Positions 17,903 to 29,443 of a stretch of DNA of 64,000 bases are shown here, piece by piece. The first letter of the stretch is position 1. Each line of letters opens with the position of its first letter. This DNA comes from Candidatus Solibacter sp. (GTDB lineage Bacteria; Chloroflexota; Dormibacteria; DASZGP01), in contig DATMMS010000005.1 in NCBI GenBank assembly GCA_035569605.1, positions 20,990 through 84,989 on the forward strand, given 5' to 3'. A program made the position numbers and the translations under genes. The notes under the pieces are model-generated. The model had not been told where the DNA came from, did not search any database, and saw only the letters and a program-made list of their open reading frames with translations.

Positions 17903-18828
17903 GGATCGCCGTGCTCAGCGGCGGCGTCAGCGGCGAGCGCGACATCTCCCTGCTCTCAGGCCGAAACGTTTTGGCGGCGCTGCTGGAGCTGGGCCACGAC
18001 GCGCGGCTGGTGGACTTCGGCCCACGGTCCTCGGAGGAGCTGCGGCAGCTGGCGCCGGACCTGGTCTTCCCGACCCTCCACGGCCCGCTGGGCGAGGACG
18101 GGACCGCGGCCGCGGTCCTGGAGCTGCTGGGAGTGCCGTACGTCGGGTCGGGGGTGCTGGCCGGGGCGCTGGCGATGAACAAGGCCGCGGCCAAGCGGGT
18201 GATGATCGCCGAGGGCCTCCCGACGCCGGCCTTCGAGCTGGTCTCCAGCGTGGCTGATCCCCGAGCCCAGGCAGGCGGGCTGGCCGCCGCCCTCGGTCTG
18301 CCGCTGGCGATCAAACCAAACTCGGGCGGCTCCAGCCTCGGCTTCAGCCTGGCCCACAACGAGGAGGCGGTCCTGGACGGCATCGTCGCCGCCCTGGCGG
18401 TGGCGGGCCCCGACCACACCGCCCTGGTGGAGGCGGCCAAAACAGGCGTTGAGGTGACCGTCGGCGTGCTCGGCGTCGACGTGCCGGTGGCCCTGCCCAC
18501 GCTCGAGATAACCTGGCGCGAGGGCGCCTACGACTACGAAGCCAAGTACACCGCGGGTCTCAGCCGGCACACCATCCCGGCGCGAATCCCGCCCCAGCAG
18601 CAAGGCGAGGTGTCTGACCTGGCGGTCCGCGTCCACCGCCTAATCGGCGCCCGCGGGCTCTCCCGCGTTGACACCATCTGCGAGCCCGACGGCCAGGTCT
18701 GGATCCTCGAGGTCAACACCATGCCCGGGCTGACCGAGCTGAGCCTGTTTCCCGATGCGGCCCGGGCCGCCGGCCTCGATTTCAAGGCCTTGATGGCGCG
18801 CCTGGTCGACGACGCCGTCAAGTCATGA
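17878..18828 (+). CDS. ddl: D-alanine--D-alanine ligase
   Basis: RIAVLSGGVSGERDISLLSG N-terminus with an ATP-grasp fold, 316 aa. Confidence 0.8.
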   Translation: MAHRGSAVRIAVLSGGVSGERDISLLSGRNVLAALLELGHDARLVDFGPRSSEELRQLAPDLVFPTLHGPLGEDGTAAAVLELLGVPYVGSGVLAGALAMNKAAAKRVMIAEGLPTPAFELVSSVADPRAQAGGLAAALGLPLAIKPNSGGSSLGFSLAHNEEAVLDGIVAALAVAGPDHTALVEAAKTGVEVTVGVLGVDVPVALPTLEITWREGAYDYEAKYTAGLSRHTIPARIPPQQQGEVSDLAVRVHRLIGARGLSRVDTICEPDGQVWILEVNTMPGLTELSLFPDAARAAGLDFKALMARLVDDAVKS

Positions 18829-19763
18829 GCACCGGTCGTCGTCGCCGCCCCGAGCGTGATCTCAACCCCCGCATCTCCCGCAGGCGGGGAGCCGGGACCC
18901 GCCTGCGCAGTACCGCACGGGCAACCGCCGAGCGCCCCCGCAGGGCAGCCGCCAGGCCGCTGGCCACCTACGCCCGTCCCGCCGCCCGGGTGCTGGTGCT
19001 GGCGGCGGAGCTGGCGGTCCTGCTGGCGCTCATCAACAGCCCGGTGCTTGCCGCCAGGCGGGTGTCCGTCACCGGCAACCGGCAGCTGTCGACGAACCAG
19101 GTCCTCCACCGTGCCGGCCTCTGGGGGGACCCCTCGATGCTGCTGATCAGCACTGATGCCGCCGAGGCGCTGCTGCTCGCAAATCCGTACGTCCGCTCGG
19201 TGTCGGTCCGCACCGCCCTCCCGGACCAGGTCGAGGTCGAGATCCTGGAGTGGGAGCCGCTGGCGCTGCTCAGCCGTGGCGGCGCTCGCTACCTCCTCAA
19301 CGCCCAGGGCGCGGTGCTCGGGACCACGGCGGCATCGACGCGGACGGGAAGCGGCCCGGGCCAGCCTCGTATCGCGATCTCGTGGGACGGTCCGGCCGTT
19401 CTGCGTGCCGGCCAGGCCGCGCTTCCAGGTCGCCTGGTCCAGGACCTAGATCGGATGGCGACCAGCTTCCCGGCGGCATACGGCCTGACGATCCAGTCGT
19501 TCGCCTTCGACAGCAACCAGAAATTGACAGTCAACACCGCCGGCGGGCCGCGTATCCTCTTTGGCCAGATGGCAACCGACGACCAGATCGACAGCCTCGA
19601 CGGCAAGCTGGGGTCGCTGAAGTCGCTTCGGGCCAAGATCGACCTGGCCAACTCCAAGCTCGACTACATCGACGTCGAGAACCCGGCCGCGGTGACCACC
19701 CGGGCCCTGCCCAGCCCCTCACCGAGCCCGGTGCCCTCGCCGTCACCCTCCAAGAAGTCGTAA
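18825..19763 (+). CDS. ftsQ: cell division protein FtsQ/DivIB
   Basis: Basic N-terminus, a TM helix, a POTRA-like region and a Pro/Ser-rich C-terminal tail. It sits between ddl and ftsA. Confidence 0.65.
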   Translation: MSTGRRRRPERDLNPRISRRRGAGTRLRSTARATAERPRRAAARPLATYARPAARVLVLAAELAVLLALINSPVLAARRVSVTGNRQLSTNQVLHRAGLWGDPSMLLISTDAAEALLLANPYVRSVSVRTALPDQVEVEILEWEPLALLSRGGARYLLNAQGAVLGTTAASTRTGSGPGQPRIAISWDGPAVLRAGQAALPGRLVQDLDRMATSFPAAYGLTIQSFAFDSNQKLTVNTAGGPRILFGQMATDDQIDSLDGKLGSLKSLRAKIDLANSKLDYIDVENPAAVTTRALPSPSPSPVPSPSPSKKS

Positions 19764-19773
19764 TGGGCGCCCC

Positions 19774-20106
19774 GTGATCCAGGTGCTGCTGGTTCTGCTT
19801 GCCGCCGTTGTGGGCGTGGTGGTCGGCATCAAGACCAATGTCGAGATCCCGGTTACGTACTCTCGCTATACCGCGGTGATGCTGCTGGCGGCCCTGGATT
19901 CGATCTTCGGAGCCCTCAAGGCATCTCTCAACGGCCGCTACGAGAACGCGGTGTTCCTCTCGGGCCTGATCACCAACTCGGCGGTGGCGGGCGCGCTGAC
20001 CTTTCTGGGCGACAAGCTCGGCGTGGAGCTGTACTTTGCGGCGATCTTCGCCTTCGGGGTGAGGATCTTCCAGAACATCGCGGTGATCCGGCGGCAGCTC
20101 CTTTAA
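19774..20106 (+). CDS. sbp: small basic protein Sbp (DUF1290)
   Basis: 110-aa membrane protein ending ...LGVELYFAAIFAFGVRIFQNIAVIRRQL. Sequence and position (just upstream of ftsA) match Bacillus Sbp/YlxX. Confidence 0.7.
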   Translation: MIQVLLVLLAAVVGVVVGIKTNVEIPVTYSRYTAVMLLAALDSIFGALKASLNGRYENAVFLSGLITNSAVAGALTFLGDKLGVELYFAAIFAFGVRIFQNIAVIRRQLL

Positions 20107-20162
20107 AGGTGTGCCATGTCAGCGCGTCAATAGAATGGGCCCGACGGTGACGGAAGAACGCG

Positions 20163-21404
20163 TTGGCTAAGAACGGCAGGATCGTAGGCCTCGACATCGG
20201 CAGCACCAAGGTCTGCTGCGTGATCGCCACGCCCAGCGAGAGCGGCGATGGCGAGCTGGTGATCTCGGGAGTCGGCGAGGTGCCCTCCGAGGGGCTGCGA
20301 AAGGGTGTGATCGTCAATCTCGAAAAGACGGTCCGGGCGATCGAGTCGGCGGTACGGGCCGCCGAACGGATGTCCGGGCACCGCGTCGACGCCGTCTTCG
20401 CCGGCCTGGCGGGACCGCACATGAAGTCGATCAACAGCCGCGGCGTTGTGGCGGTGGCGTCGGGTGACCGGGAGATCACCCAGCGCGATGTCGATCGTGT
20501 CATCGAAGCGGCGCGCAGCGTCGCCATCCCCAGCGATTCCGAGGTCATCCACGTGATGCCGCGCGGCTTCGTGGTCGACGGCCAGGAGGGCGTCCGCGAC
20601 GCGGTGGGGATGTCCGGGGCGCGGCTCGAGGTCGAGACGCATATCATCTCGGGCGCCAGCACGGCGGTGCAGAACGTGGTCAAGTCCGTCCATTCGGCCG
20701 GGTTCAACGTCGAGGACCTGGTGATCCAGTCGCTGGCCAGCGCCGAGGCGGTGCTCAACGACAACGAGATCGATCTGGGGGTGGCGGTCGCCGACATCGG
20801 CGGCGGCACCACCGACCTGGCCATCTTCGCCGACGGCAGCGTGATCCACACCGCGGTGCTGCCGGTAGGCGGCAACCACGTGACCAACGACCTCGCCATA
20901 GGCCTGCGCACCAGCCTCACCGACGCGGAGTCGGCCAAGATCAACTACGGGCACGCACTGCCGCAGCTGATCCCGCGCGACGAGATCATCGACGTCCAGC
21001 CGATCGGCGCCGAGAAGGTCCAGGGAGTCCCCCGTGTCTACATCGCCGAGATCATCGAGCCGCGGGCGCGCGAGATCCTGGAGATGATCAAGACCGAGCT
21101 GAACCGCAGCGGCCAGGCCGGCCTGCTGCCGGGGGGCCTCGTCCTCACCGGCGGGGGCGCCAAGTTGCTGGGCCTCCCGGAGATGGCCGCCGAGATGTTG
21201 GATCTACCGGTCCGGGTGGGAGTGCCGATCAACGTGCGCGGAATGGCCGACAAGGTGGCGGGCCCCTCTTTCGCGACCGCGGTCGGCCTGATAAAGTGGG
21301 GCGCTAAGCTCACGGCGCCGGCCCACGCGTCCAACGGTGCAGCCGCAGTCAGCCTGTCGGATGCCTACCAGCGGACCTTGAGGTGGCTACGTGACTTTTT
21401 CTGA
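20163..21404 (+). CDS. ftsA: cell division protein FtsA
   Basis: Actin-like ATPase ([21 protein letters not shown]) with a C-terminal amphipathic tail. Confidence 0.9.
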   Translation: MAKNGRIVGLDIGSTKVCCVIATPSESGDGELVISGVGEVPSEGLRKGVIVNLEKTVRAIESAVRAAERMSGHRVDAVFAGLAGPHMKSINSRGVVAVASGDREITQRDVDRVIEAARSVAIPSDSEVIHVMPRGFVVDGQEGVRDAVGMSGARLEVETHIISGASTAVQNVVKSVHSAGFNVEDLVIQSLASAEAVLNDNEIDLGVAVADIGGGTTDLAIFADGSVIHTAVLPVGGNHVTNDLAIGLRTSLTDAESAKINYGHALPQLIPRDEIIDVQPIGAEKVQGVPRVYIAEIIEPRAREILEMIKTELNRSGQAGLLPGGLVLTGGGAKLLGLPEMAAEMLDLPVRVGVPINVRGMADKVAGPSFATAVGLIKWGAKLTAPAHASNGAAAVSLSDAYQRTLRWLRDFF

Positions 21405-21591
21405 TTTCGACAAGCAGATGAGACTCCGAGGGTTGGGAGGCCAGGACCAGCCCGCCAGCGATCCGGAAGCGGGGGACGCAGCCCCGCCCGCTGTTGATCT
21501 GGATACGGCTGACCCCGAAGCAACGGAGCAGCCAGCGATAAGACCGCAGTCGACAGGGACGTCGGACTACGGTTCGGGCAAGGAGGACCCA

Positions 21592-22692
<1,101 letters not shown>

Positions 22693-22704
22693 CAGAAGGA
22701 ACCA

Positions 22705-22725
22705 GGGCGCCGCTACGCGGCGCCC
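22705..22725 (+). terminator. GC-rich hairpin after ftsZ
   Basis: GGGCGCCGC-tac-GCGGCGCCC immediately after the ftsZ stop; the U-tract is weak (cgtttcccc). Confidence 0.4.
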
Positions 22726-22978
22726 CGTTTCCCCCCGACCCCGAAGGGGCGCCCGGTCGTTGTCGCCTTAAGAACCGTCCTCGAAGCTTCGAGTCATCAA
22801 TCGACACTTTGAAACAGACGCAGGCGCGAGCGTCTGAGCACGTCCCGACTTAGAACGCCAGGGGTGACGCGCTCTTACACCGGTGCCCTGCCGAGCGGCC
22901 CTCTGAAACCACAAGTTCCTGTGCTACGATCCGGCCGGAGCACAACATGTTGTCTTTTTCCCCCGGAGCGACGCTGCC

Positions 22979-23443
22979 TTGAGGTGCCCATATTGTGGTC
23001 ACGAGGAGCTCAAGGTGGTCGACTCGCGCGATTCGGACACCGGTGAGGCGATCCGGCGGCGGCGCGAATGCCTGGAGTGCAACAAGCGCTTCACCACGTA
23101 CGAGCGGGTCGAGAACATCCCCTTCTACGTCATCAAGAAGGACGGTCGCCGCGAGGACTTCAACCGGCAGAAGCTCTTCGACGGGCTGATGACCGCTTGC
23201 GAGAAGCGCGACATCTCGCCCTCGACGATCGAGACCGCCATCGACGAGATCGAGTCGGAGCTCAGGTCCACCGGCAAGATGGAGATCCCTTCCCGTGAGA
23301 TCGGCGAGCTGGTGATGGAAAAGCTGCGCAAGCTCGATGACGTCGCCTATGTCCGCTTCGCCTCGGTTTACCGCCAGTTCCGCGACCTCACCGAGGTCAA
23401 GCGCGAGATCGACCAGCTGCTCAGCAAGCAGGGGATCAAATAA
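22979..23443 (+). CDS. nrdR: transcriptional repressor NrdR
   Basis: TTG start; [11 protein letters not shown]...CLECNKRF zinc ribbon followed by an ATP-cone. Confidence 0.85.
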   Translation: MRCPYCGHEELKVVDSRDSDTGEAIRRRRECLECNKRFTTYERVENIPFYVIKKDGRREDFNRQKLFDGLMTACEKRDISPSTIETAIDEIESELRSTGKMEIPSREIGELVMEKLRKLDDVAYVRFASVYRQFRDLTEVKREIDQLLSKQGIK

Positions 23444-23457
23444 GCGGCCGAGCCCCA

Positions 23458-24270
23458 TTGCCGGGTGCCGGCGCGACAATTGATCCCATGACCGGCTCCC
23501 TCCAGGCCACGGCTGTGATTCGCAGCCGCCTTCTCACCGACGCCGGGCTCAAGCACGGCTTCACCACCCTCTCTGCTGGAGACTTTGCCTGGCCCGCGCT
23601 ACAAACGCCGGAGGGCCGGCAGCGGCTCAAGGCGCTGGGAGATGAGGTGGACTTCGATCCCGATCTGATGGTGACGGCCGACCAGGTCCACGGGTCGACT
23701 GTCGCCGTGGTCCATCTTTGCGAGAACTGCGGCCCGGGCAACCGCGTGCCCCACACCGACGGGCTGATCACCGAGGAGCCCTGGCCCCTGCTGATCACCA
23801 CCGCCGACTGCTTCCCGGTGATCGTCTACGAGCCCGACGCCAAGATGGTGGCGATCGTGCACTGCGGCTGGCGCGGGACCGTCGGCGGGATCCTGCCACG
23901 CGCCGTCGCCCGGCTGATCAAGGAGAGCGGCGGTCGCGCCAGCGAGCTTCGGGCCGCCATCGGGCCGGGCATCTGCGGCGACTGCTACGAGGTCGGGGAT
24001 GACGTGGTGCAGGCGGCCTTCAGGGCCGGACTCGGCAGTCAGGTGACCGCGGACGCCAACCTGGGTCGCCGCCGGTTTGACATTGGGGCGGCGCTCCAGC
24101 AGCAGCTGTTGGAGGCCAACCTTCGTGAGGCCCACGTCGACCGCGTTGGCCGCTGCAACTTCGAGGATGCCGAGCTTCCATCCTTCCGGCGAGATCGCAC
24201 CGCGGTCCGGTCGGCGGCGGTGGTAGCGCTGGACGGGCCGCTGGTGGTCGCGGCCGGCCACCGACACTGA
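23458..24270 (+). CDS. pgeF: purine nucleoside phosphorylase/peptidoglycan editing factor YfiH/PgeF family
   Basis: DUF152/laccase-domain motifs HGSTV, TADCFPV and HCGWRG. Confidence 0.75.
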   Translation: MPGAGATIDPMTGSLQATAVIRSRLLTDAGLKHGFTTLSAGDFAWPALQTPEGRQRLKALGDEVDFDPDLMVTADQVHGSTVAVVHLCENCGPGNRVPHTDGLITEEPWPLLITTADCFPVIVYEPDAKMVAIVHCGWRGTVGGILPRAVARLIKESGGRASELRAAIGPGICGDCYEVGDDVVQAAFRAGLGSQVTADANLGRRRFDIGAALQQQLLEANLREAHVDRVGRCNFEDAELPSFRRDRTAVRSAAVVALDGPLVVAAGHRH

Positions 24271-24986
24271 CCGTCGGACCCACCGGGGACCAGGCCGCGG
24301 CGGCGAAACTGGCTTCCGTCAGGGAGCTGATCGCCGAAGCCTGCCGGCGCTCCGGGCGCGACGCCGGCGAGGTCACGCTGGTGGCAGCCAGCAAGTACGC
24401 CGACGCCGAAGGCATCAGAGCCCTGGCCCTGGCCGGGCAGGCAGTCTTCGGGGAGAACCGGGTGCAGGACGCTATGGCCAAGAGCAGATCGAAAAGCCTG
24501 GCGGGGCAGAAGATCGAGTGGCACCTGATCGGCCATCTCCAGGGCAACAAGTCGCGCGCCGCCGCCGAAACCTTCGATGTGGTGCAGTCGGTCGACAGCC
24601 TGGAGATAGCGGCGGAGCTCTCACGTCGGGCCGTGGCGCTCGGCCGCGTGGTACCAGTGTTGCTCCAGGTCAACGTCGACGAGGACCCATCAAAACACGG
24701 TTTTTACACAGGCTCACTGGCGGCTGAATTCGGGTCTCTGGTGGCGCTGGAGGGACTCAGAGTCGACGGGCTGATGACGATCGGAGCCCAGGTTGGCACC
24801 GCCGAGGCCGCCCGGCCGACGTTTGCGGCGCTGCGAGCTGCCCGCGCCCGGCTCGACGGCCTGGGCCTGGCGCCGCCGCTGCGGCATCTGTCGATGGGGA
24901 TGTCGGCGGATTTCGAGGTCGCCATCGAGGAAGGCGCTACCATCGTGCGCGTGGGACGCGCTCTATTCGACGGCGAGATGAAATGA
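24267..24986 (+). CDS. yggS: PLP homeostasis protein YggS (start codon undefined, possibly CTG)
   Basis: LASVRELIAEACRRSGRDAGEVTLVAASKY...FGENRVQ matches the YggS N-terminus including the PLP lysine. The frame opens at 24129 but no ATG/GTG/TTG precedes the lysine; CTG 24267 overlaps the pgeF TGA (CTGA). The track's GTG 24381 start is implausible. Confidence 0.7.
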   Translation: MTVGPTGDQAAAAKLASVRELIAEACRRSGRDAGEVTLVAASKYADAEGIRALALAGQAVFGENRVQDAMAKSRSKSLAGQKIEWHLIGHLQGNKSRAAAETFDVVQSVDSLEIAAELSRRAVALGRVVPVLLQVNVDEDPSKHGFYTGSLAAEFGSLVALEGLRVDGLMTIGAQVGTAEAARPTFAALRAARARLDGLGLAPPLRHLSMGMSADFEVAIEEGATIVRVGRALFDGEMK

Positions 24987-25246
24987 GCCTGGAAATCGTC
25001 AGGCTGGTTAGCGCTGTCATCCAGCTGTTCGTCTTCCTGATCGTTGCCCGGGCGATCGGGTCCTTCTTCATCCGCGACTGGAGCAGCGGGATCGCCCGCT
25101 TCCTGTGGGATGTCACCGAGCCGGTGCTGGCCCCGGTCCGCAGGCTGCTGCCCCCGTTTGGCGGCATCGACTTCTCGCCGCTGGTGGTGATCATCCTGCT
25201 CCAGGTGGTCAGCGGCTTCCTCCAGAACGCGGCCGTCGGCTACTGA
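24983..25246 (+). CDS. yggT: YggT family membrane protein
   Basis: ATGA overlap with yggS; 87 aa with two TM helices (DUF167/YggT-like). Confidence 0.65.
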   Translation: MSLEIVRLVSAVIQLFVFLIVARAIGSFFIRDWSSGIARFLWDVTEPVLAPVRRLLPPFGGIDFSPLVVIILLQVVSGFLQNAAVGY

Positions 25247-25287
25247 CTTTCCCCAGCTTTTCCACCGCTGCGTAAGATCCTTCGAAC

Positions 25288-28173
25288 ATGACTGAATCGC
25301 GGACCTCCGGCGCGTTTGCGCCCGTCGACAGCAAGGTCAGCTTCCCCGAGATGGAGAAGCGCGTCCGCGAGTTCTGGGAGCGGGAGGGGATCTTCCGACG
25401 CTCGATCGAGGAGCGCCCGGCGGACAAGACCTGGGTCTTCTACGAAGGCCCGCCGACGGCCAACGGGCTGCCCCATATGGGCCACGTGATCCAGCGGACG
25501 CTCAAAGACCTCTTCCCGCGGTTCCACACCATGCGTGGCTCCAGGGTGGTGCGCAAAGCCGGCTGGGACACCCATGGCCTGCCGGTGGAGATCGAGGTCG
25601 AGAAGGAGCTCGGCTTCACCAACAAGAAGCAGGTCGAGGACTATGGCATCGACGCCTTCAACAAGAAGTGCCGGGAGTCGGTGTTTCGCTACATCGACAT
25701 CTGGACCGCCTTCACCCACCAGCTCGGCTTCTGGCTCGATCTCGACGACCCCTACGTCACGTACGAGAGCGCCTACACGGAGTCGGTCTGGGCCATCCTC
25801 AAGAAGACCTGGGACCGGGGCCTCCTCTACAAGGGCTACCGGGTGGTTCCCTACTGCCCGCGCTGCGCCACCCCGCTGTCCAGCCACGAGCTCTCCCTCG
25901 GATACCAGGACGACGTAAAGGACCCCAGCGTCTACCCGTTGTTCGAGCTCACCGACGAGCCGGGCACCTATTTCCTGGCCTGGACCACCACCCCGTGGAC
26001 CCTGCCCGGCAACGTCGCCCTGGCCGTGGGGCCCGACATCCAATACGTCAAGGTCCAGAACGGCGACCGCAAGCTGATCCTGGCCGAGGCCCGGCTGGAG
26101 GTGCTGGAAGCGGAGTACCAGGTGCTCGAGAAGCTCCGCAGCACCGACCTGGTGGGCAAGACCTATCGGTCGCTCTACGACTACCTGGTCCCCAAAGAGC
26201 CCGCCTTCTTCGTGGTCGAAGCCAACTTCGTCTCGGTGGAGGACGGCACCGGCATCGTCCACACCGCCGCCGCCTACGGCGAGGACGACCTCAAGCTGGC
26301 CCAGGAAAAGGGGATCCCGGTGCGCCACGTCGTCGACCTCAACGGCCGCTTCCTGCCCGAGGTCGAGAAGTTCGCCGGACAGTTCGTCAAGGACGCCGAC
26401 GTGCCCATCATGGTCGACCTCAGCGAGCGGGGCCTGCTCTATAAGAAGGGCACCATCCGGCACACATATCCCTTCTGCTGGCGCTGCGGGACGCCGCTCC
26501 TGTACTACGCCATGGACTCCTGGTTCATCCGGATGTCCGAGGTGCGCGAGAAGATGATCGAGGTCAATCGCGGCACCAACTGGTACCCCTCGCACATCCG
26601 CGAGGGGAGGATGGGCAACTGGCTGGAATCGCTGCAGGACTGGTCGCTCTCGAGGCTGCGCTACTGGGGCACGCCGCTTCCGATCTGGGAGTGCGAGAGC
26701 TGCGACGAGCGGCGATGCGTGGGCTCGGTGGCGGAGCTCGGGCTGAGCCTCGAGGACGACCTCCACCGGCCGTACATCGACAGGGTGACCCTTCCCTGTC
26801 CGCAGTGCGGCGCCACCATGCACCGGGTGCCCGACCTGATCGACGTCTGGTTCGACTCCGGGGCGATGCCCTTCGCCCAGTACCACCAACCGTTCGAGAA
26901 CGACGACGTCTTCGCCCACCAGTACCCTGCCGACTTCATCTGCGAGGGCCTCGACCAGACTCGCGGCTGGTTCTACTCGCTGATGGCCATCGGGGTGCTG
27001 ATGGCCGAGCAGAACTCATATCGCAACGTCGTCGTCAACGGCACCGTCCTCGACAAGGACGGCAAGAAGATGTCCAAGTCGGTTGGCAACGTGGTCGACC
27101 CGATTCCGGTGATCGAGCGGTACGGCGCCGATGCCGTGCGCTGGTACTTCGTCACCGCCGCCTCGATCGGCAACGACTACCGCTTCGGCGAGGATCTGAT
27201 CCAGAAGGTGGCCACCGGCGTGCTCAGCACGCTCTGGCACTCGTATTCGTTCTTCGTGACATACGCCAACCTGGACGGCTTCCAGCCCGGCCAGGCCTCG
27301 CTGCCCGTCAGCGAGCGCGCCCTGATCGATCGATGGCTGGTGTCGCAGCTCAACATCTGCGTCCGCAAGGTCACCGAAGAGCTGGAGGAGTTCGATCCCA
27401 CCGGATCGGCCCGTGCCATCGAGAGCTTCATCGATGACCTCTCCAACTGGTACATCCGCCGCTCGCGACGCCGCTTCTGGAAGTCGGAGTCGGACGCGGA
27501 CAAGGCCAGCGCCTACCAGACCCTGCACCAGGCGCTGGTGACCACGGCCCAGCTACTGGCGCCCTTCACGCCGTTCATCGCCGACGAGCTGTTCCGCAAC
27601 CTGGCCACCGGTGGCGCCGACTCGGTGCACCTGTCGGACTGGCCCGAGGTCGACGCCGGCGCGGTCGACGAGAAGCTCTCGGCGGACATGGCCCGAGCCC
27701 GGCGCATCGTCGAGATGGGCCACAAGGAGCGCGACCGGGCCAACCTCAAGGTGCGCCAGCCGCTTGCCGGCGCCACCGTGCCCGGCCCGCCGCTGGGGGA
27801 CGAGCTGGAGGCGATCGTGCTGGACGAGCTCAACCTGAAGTCGCTGAGCTATGGCGACCCCGGGGGCCGCGAGGTGATCCTCGACGCCGAGCTGACCCCG
27901 GAGCTGCGGCGAGAGGGGTTGGCCCGGGAGGTGGTCCGGCGGGTCCAGGGGGCGCGCAAGGACGCCGACTACAACATCGAGGATCGGATCGAGGTGCTAT
28001 ACCACGCCGGCGGTGAGCTGGCCGAGGCGGTGGCGGAGTGGACTGAGCGCATCGCCGGCGAGACGCTGGCGGTGGCGCTGGACTGGTATGACGGCGGATC
28101 CGTAGACGGCTACCACCACGCCACCTTCCGCATCGGTGGCGACGAGTTCGAGATCGCCCTCAGGCGCGTCTGA
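25288..28173 (+). CDS. ileS: isoleucine--tRNA ligase
   Basis: HMGH (HIGH-class) and KMSKS motifs, an editing domain, and 961 aa. Confidence 0.95.
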   Translation: MTESRTSGAFAPVDSKVSFPEMEKRVREFWEREGIFRRSIEERPADKTWVFYEGPPTANGLPHMGHVIQRTLKDLFPRFHTMRGSRVVRKAGWDTHGLPVEIEVEKELGFTNKKQVEDYGIDAFNKKCRESVFRYIDIWTAFTHQLGFWLDLDDPYVTYESAYTESVWAILKKTWDRGLLYKGYRVVPYCPRCATPLSSHELSLGYQDDVKDPSVYPLFELTDEPGTYFLAWTTTPWTLPGNVALAVGPDIQYVKVQNGDRKLILAEARLEVLEAEYQVLEKLRSTDLVGKTYRSLYDYLVPKEPAFFVVEANFVSVEDGTGIVHTAAAYGEDDLKLAQEKGIPVRHVVDLNGRFLPEVEKFAGQFVKDADVPIMVDLSERGLLYKKGTIRHTYPFCWRCGTPLLYYAMDSWFIRMSEVREKMIEVNRGTNWYPSHIREGRMGNWLESLQDWSLSRLRYWGTPLPIWECESCDERRCVGSVAELGLSLEDDLHRPYIDRVTLPCPQCGATMHRVPDLIDVWFDSGAMPFAQYHQPFENDDVFAHQYPADFICEGLDQTRGWFYSLMAIGVLMAEQNSYRNVVVNGTVLDKDGKKMSKSVGNVVDPIPVIERYGADAVRWYFVTAASIGNDYRFGEDLIQKVATGVLSTLWHSYSFFVTYANLDGFQPGQASLPVSERALIDRWLVSQLNICVRKVTEELEEFDPTGSARAIESFIDDLSNWYIRRSRRRFWKSESDADKASAYQTLHQALVTTAQLLAPFTPFIADELFRNLATGGADSVHLSDWPEVDAGAVDEKLSADMARARRIVEMGHKERDRANLKVRQPLAGATVPGPPLGDELEAIVLDELNLKSLSYGDPGGREVILDAELTPELRREGLAREVVRRVQGARKDADYNIEDRIEVLYHAGGELAEAVAEWTERIAGETLAVALDWYDGGSVDGYHHATFRIGGDEFEIALRRV

Positions 28174-29410
28174 TAGCGTCCTGCCGAAGGTCGGCGATGG
28201 TGGGATATCCGTCCACCGCAATCAGGAGATCGGCTTCGGCGAGGATCGTCTTGAGCACGTGCACGATTCCCTCCACGCCGGCCAGCGCCGCACCGAAGGC
28301 GTAGGGGCGACCGATCCCGACGGCCGTAGCGCCCAGCGCCAGGGCCTTGACCACGTCTGAACCACTCCTGACGCCGGAGTCGAACAAGACAGGGACCTCC
28401 GGCACGGCAGCTACCACCTCAGCCAGGCTGTCGATTGCCGGCAGTCCTCCGTTCGCCTGCCGGCCGCCGTGGTTTGAAACATAGATGCCGTCAACGCCCG
28501 CATCGACCGCCCGGCGCGCATCTTCGGGGTGACAAACACCCTTCACCAGCAGCGGAAGCTTGGTCAACGAGCGCAGCCAGGCGAGATCCTCCCAGACCAG
28601 CGGCTTGCCGAACATCAGCGCCCAGGTCAGAATCGCGGCCTGGGGGTCCTCCTCGGGCGGCGCCTGCAGCCGGCTACGAAACACCGGGTCCGAGAAGTAG
28701 GACTGAAGGCAACGCCCACGGAGCTGCGGGAAGTTGGCGGTGGCGAGGTCCCGCGGACGCCAGCCGGTCACCCAGGTGTCGAGCGTCACCACGATGCCGC
28801 GATAGCCGGCACGCTCGGCGCGCTGGACCAGGCTGGCGGCAACCTCGGGGTCGGTCGGGCAGTACAACTGGAAGAACCCTGGGGTGGCCCCGTAGTTGGC
28901 GGCCACATCCTCGAGCGGGTCCTGGCTCAGGGTCGAGGCCACCATGGGCACCCCGGTTTCCGCCGCGGCCCGGGCTGTCGCCAGGTCGCCGTGGCCATCC
29001 TGGGTGCAGATCCCGATTATCCCGATCGGGCACATGAATATCGGCGTCGGCAGGGTGATCCCGAAGAGGTTGACCGACAGGTCTCGTTCGGGGACGGCGC
29101 GCAGCATCCGCGGTAGTAGCCCCCAGTGGTCGAACGCCGTCCTGTTTGCGCGCTGGGTGTTCTCGTCTCCGGCGCCCCCTGCGACGTAGGACCATATGCC
29201 TGTCGGCATCGCCAGCTCGGCCCGCCGCTCGAGCTCGGCAAAGGACATCGGCAGCGACGGCACGATACCGGACAGCCCCGCCAGGTAGACCTCGTTTTGC
29301 AGATCGCCGAAGTTGGGCATCGGGAGATGGTAGATCAAGAGGATCCGTCGGAGTTGGACCCGGGCATCATCGCCGAGCCGGTCTGACGATCGATCTGGAG
29401 CCGAATACAC
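28160..29410 (-). CDS. FMN-dependent alpha-hydroxy-acid oxidase/dehydrogenase (lactate oxidase/monooxygenase family)
   Basis: TIM-barrel FMN motifs (SNHGGRQ, GVRSGSD, GIGRPY). The only clear minus-strand gene in the centre of the window; it may start at an internal Met near 29321. Confidence 0.75.
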   Translation of the reverse strand: MYSAPDRSSDRLGDDARVQLRRILLIYHLPMPNFGDLQNEVYLAGLSGIVPSLPMSFAELERRAELAMPTGIWSYVAGGAGDENTQRANRTAFDHWGLLPRMLRAVPERDLSVNLFGITLPTPIFMCPIGIIGICTQDGHGDLATARAAAETGVPMVASTLSQDPLEDVAANYGATPGFFQLYCPTDPEVAASLVQRAERAGYRGIVVTLDTWVTGWRPRDLATANFPQLRGRCLQSYFSDPVFRSRLQAPPEEDPQAAILTWALMFGKPLVWEDLAWLRSLTKLPLLVKGVCHPEDARRAVDAGVDGIYVSNHGGRQANGGLPAIDSLAEVVAAVPEVPVLFDSGVRSGSDVVKALALGATAVGIGRPYAFGAALAGVEGIVHVLKTILAEADLLIAVDGYPTIADLRQDAIRRA

Positions 29411-29443
29411 CGGTGTTATACTCGGCGCCTATCTCGACCTTGG

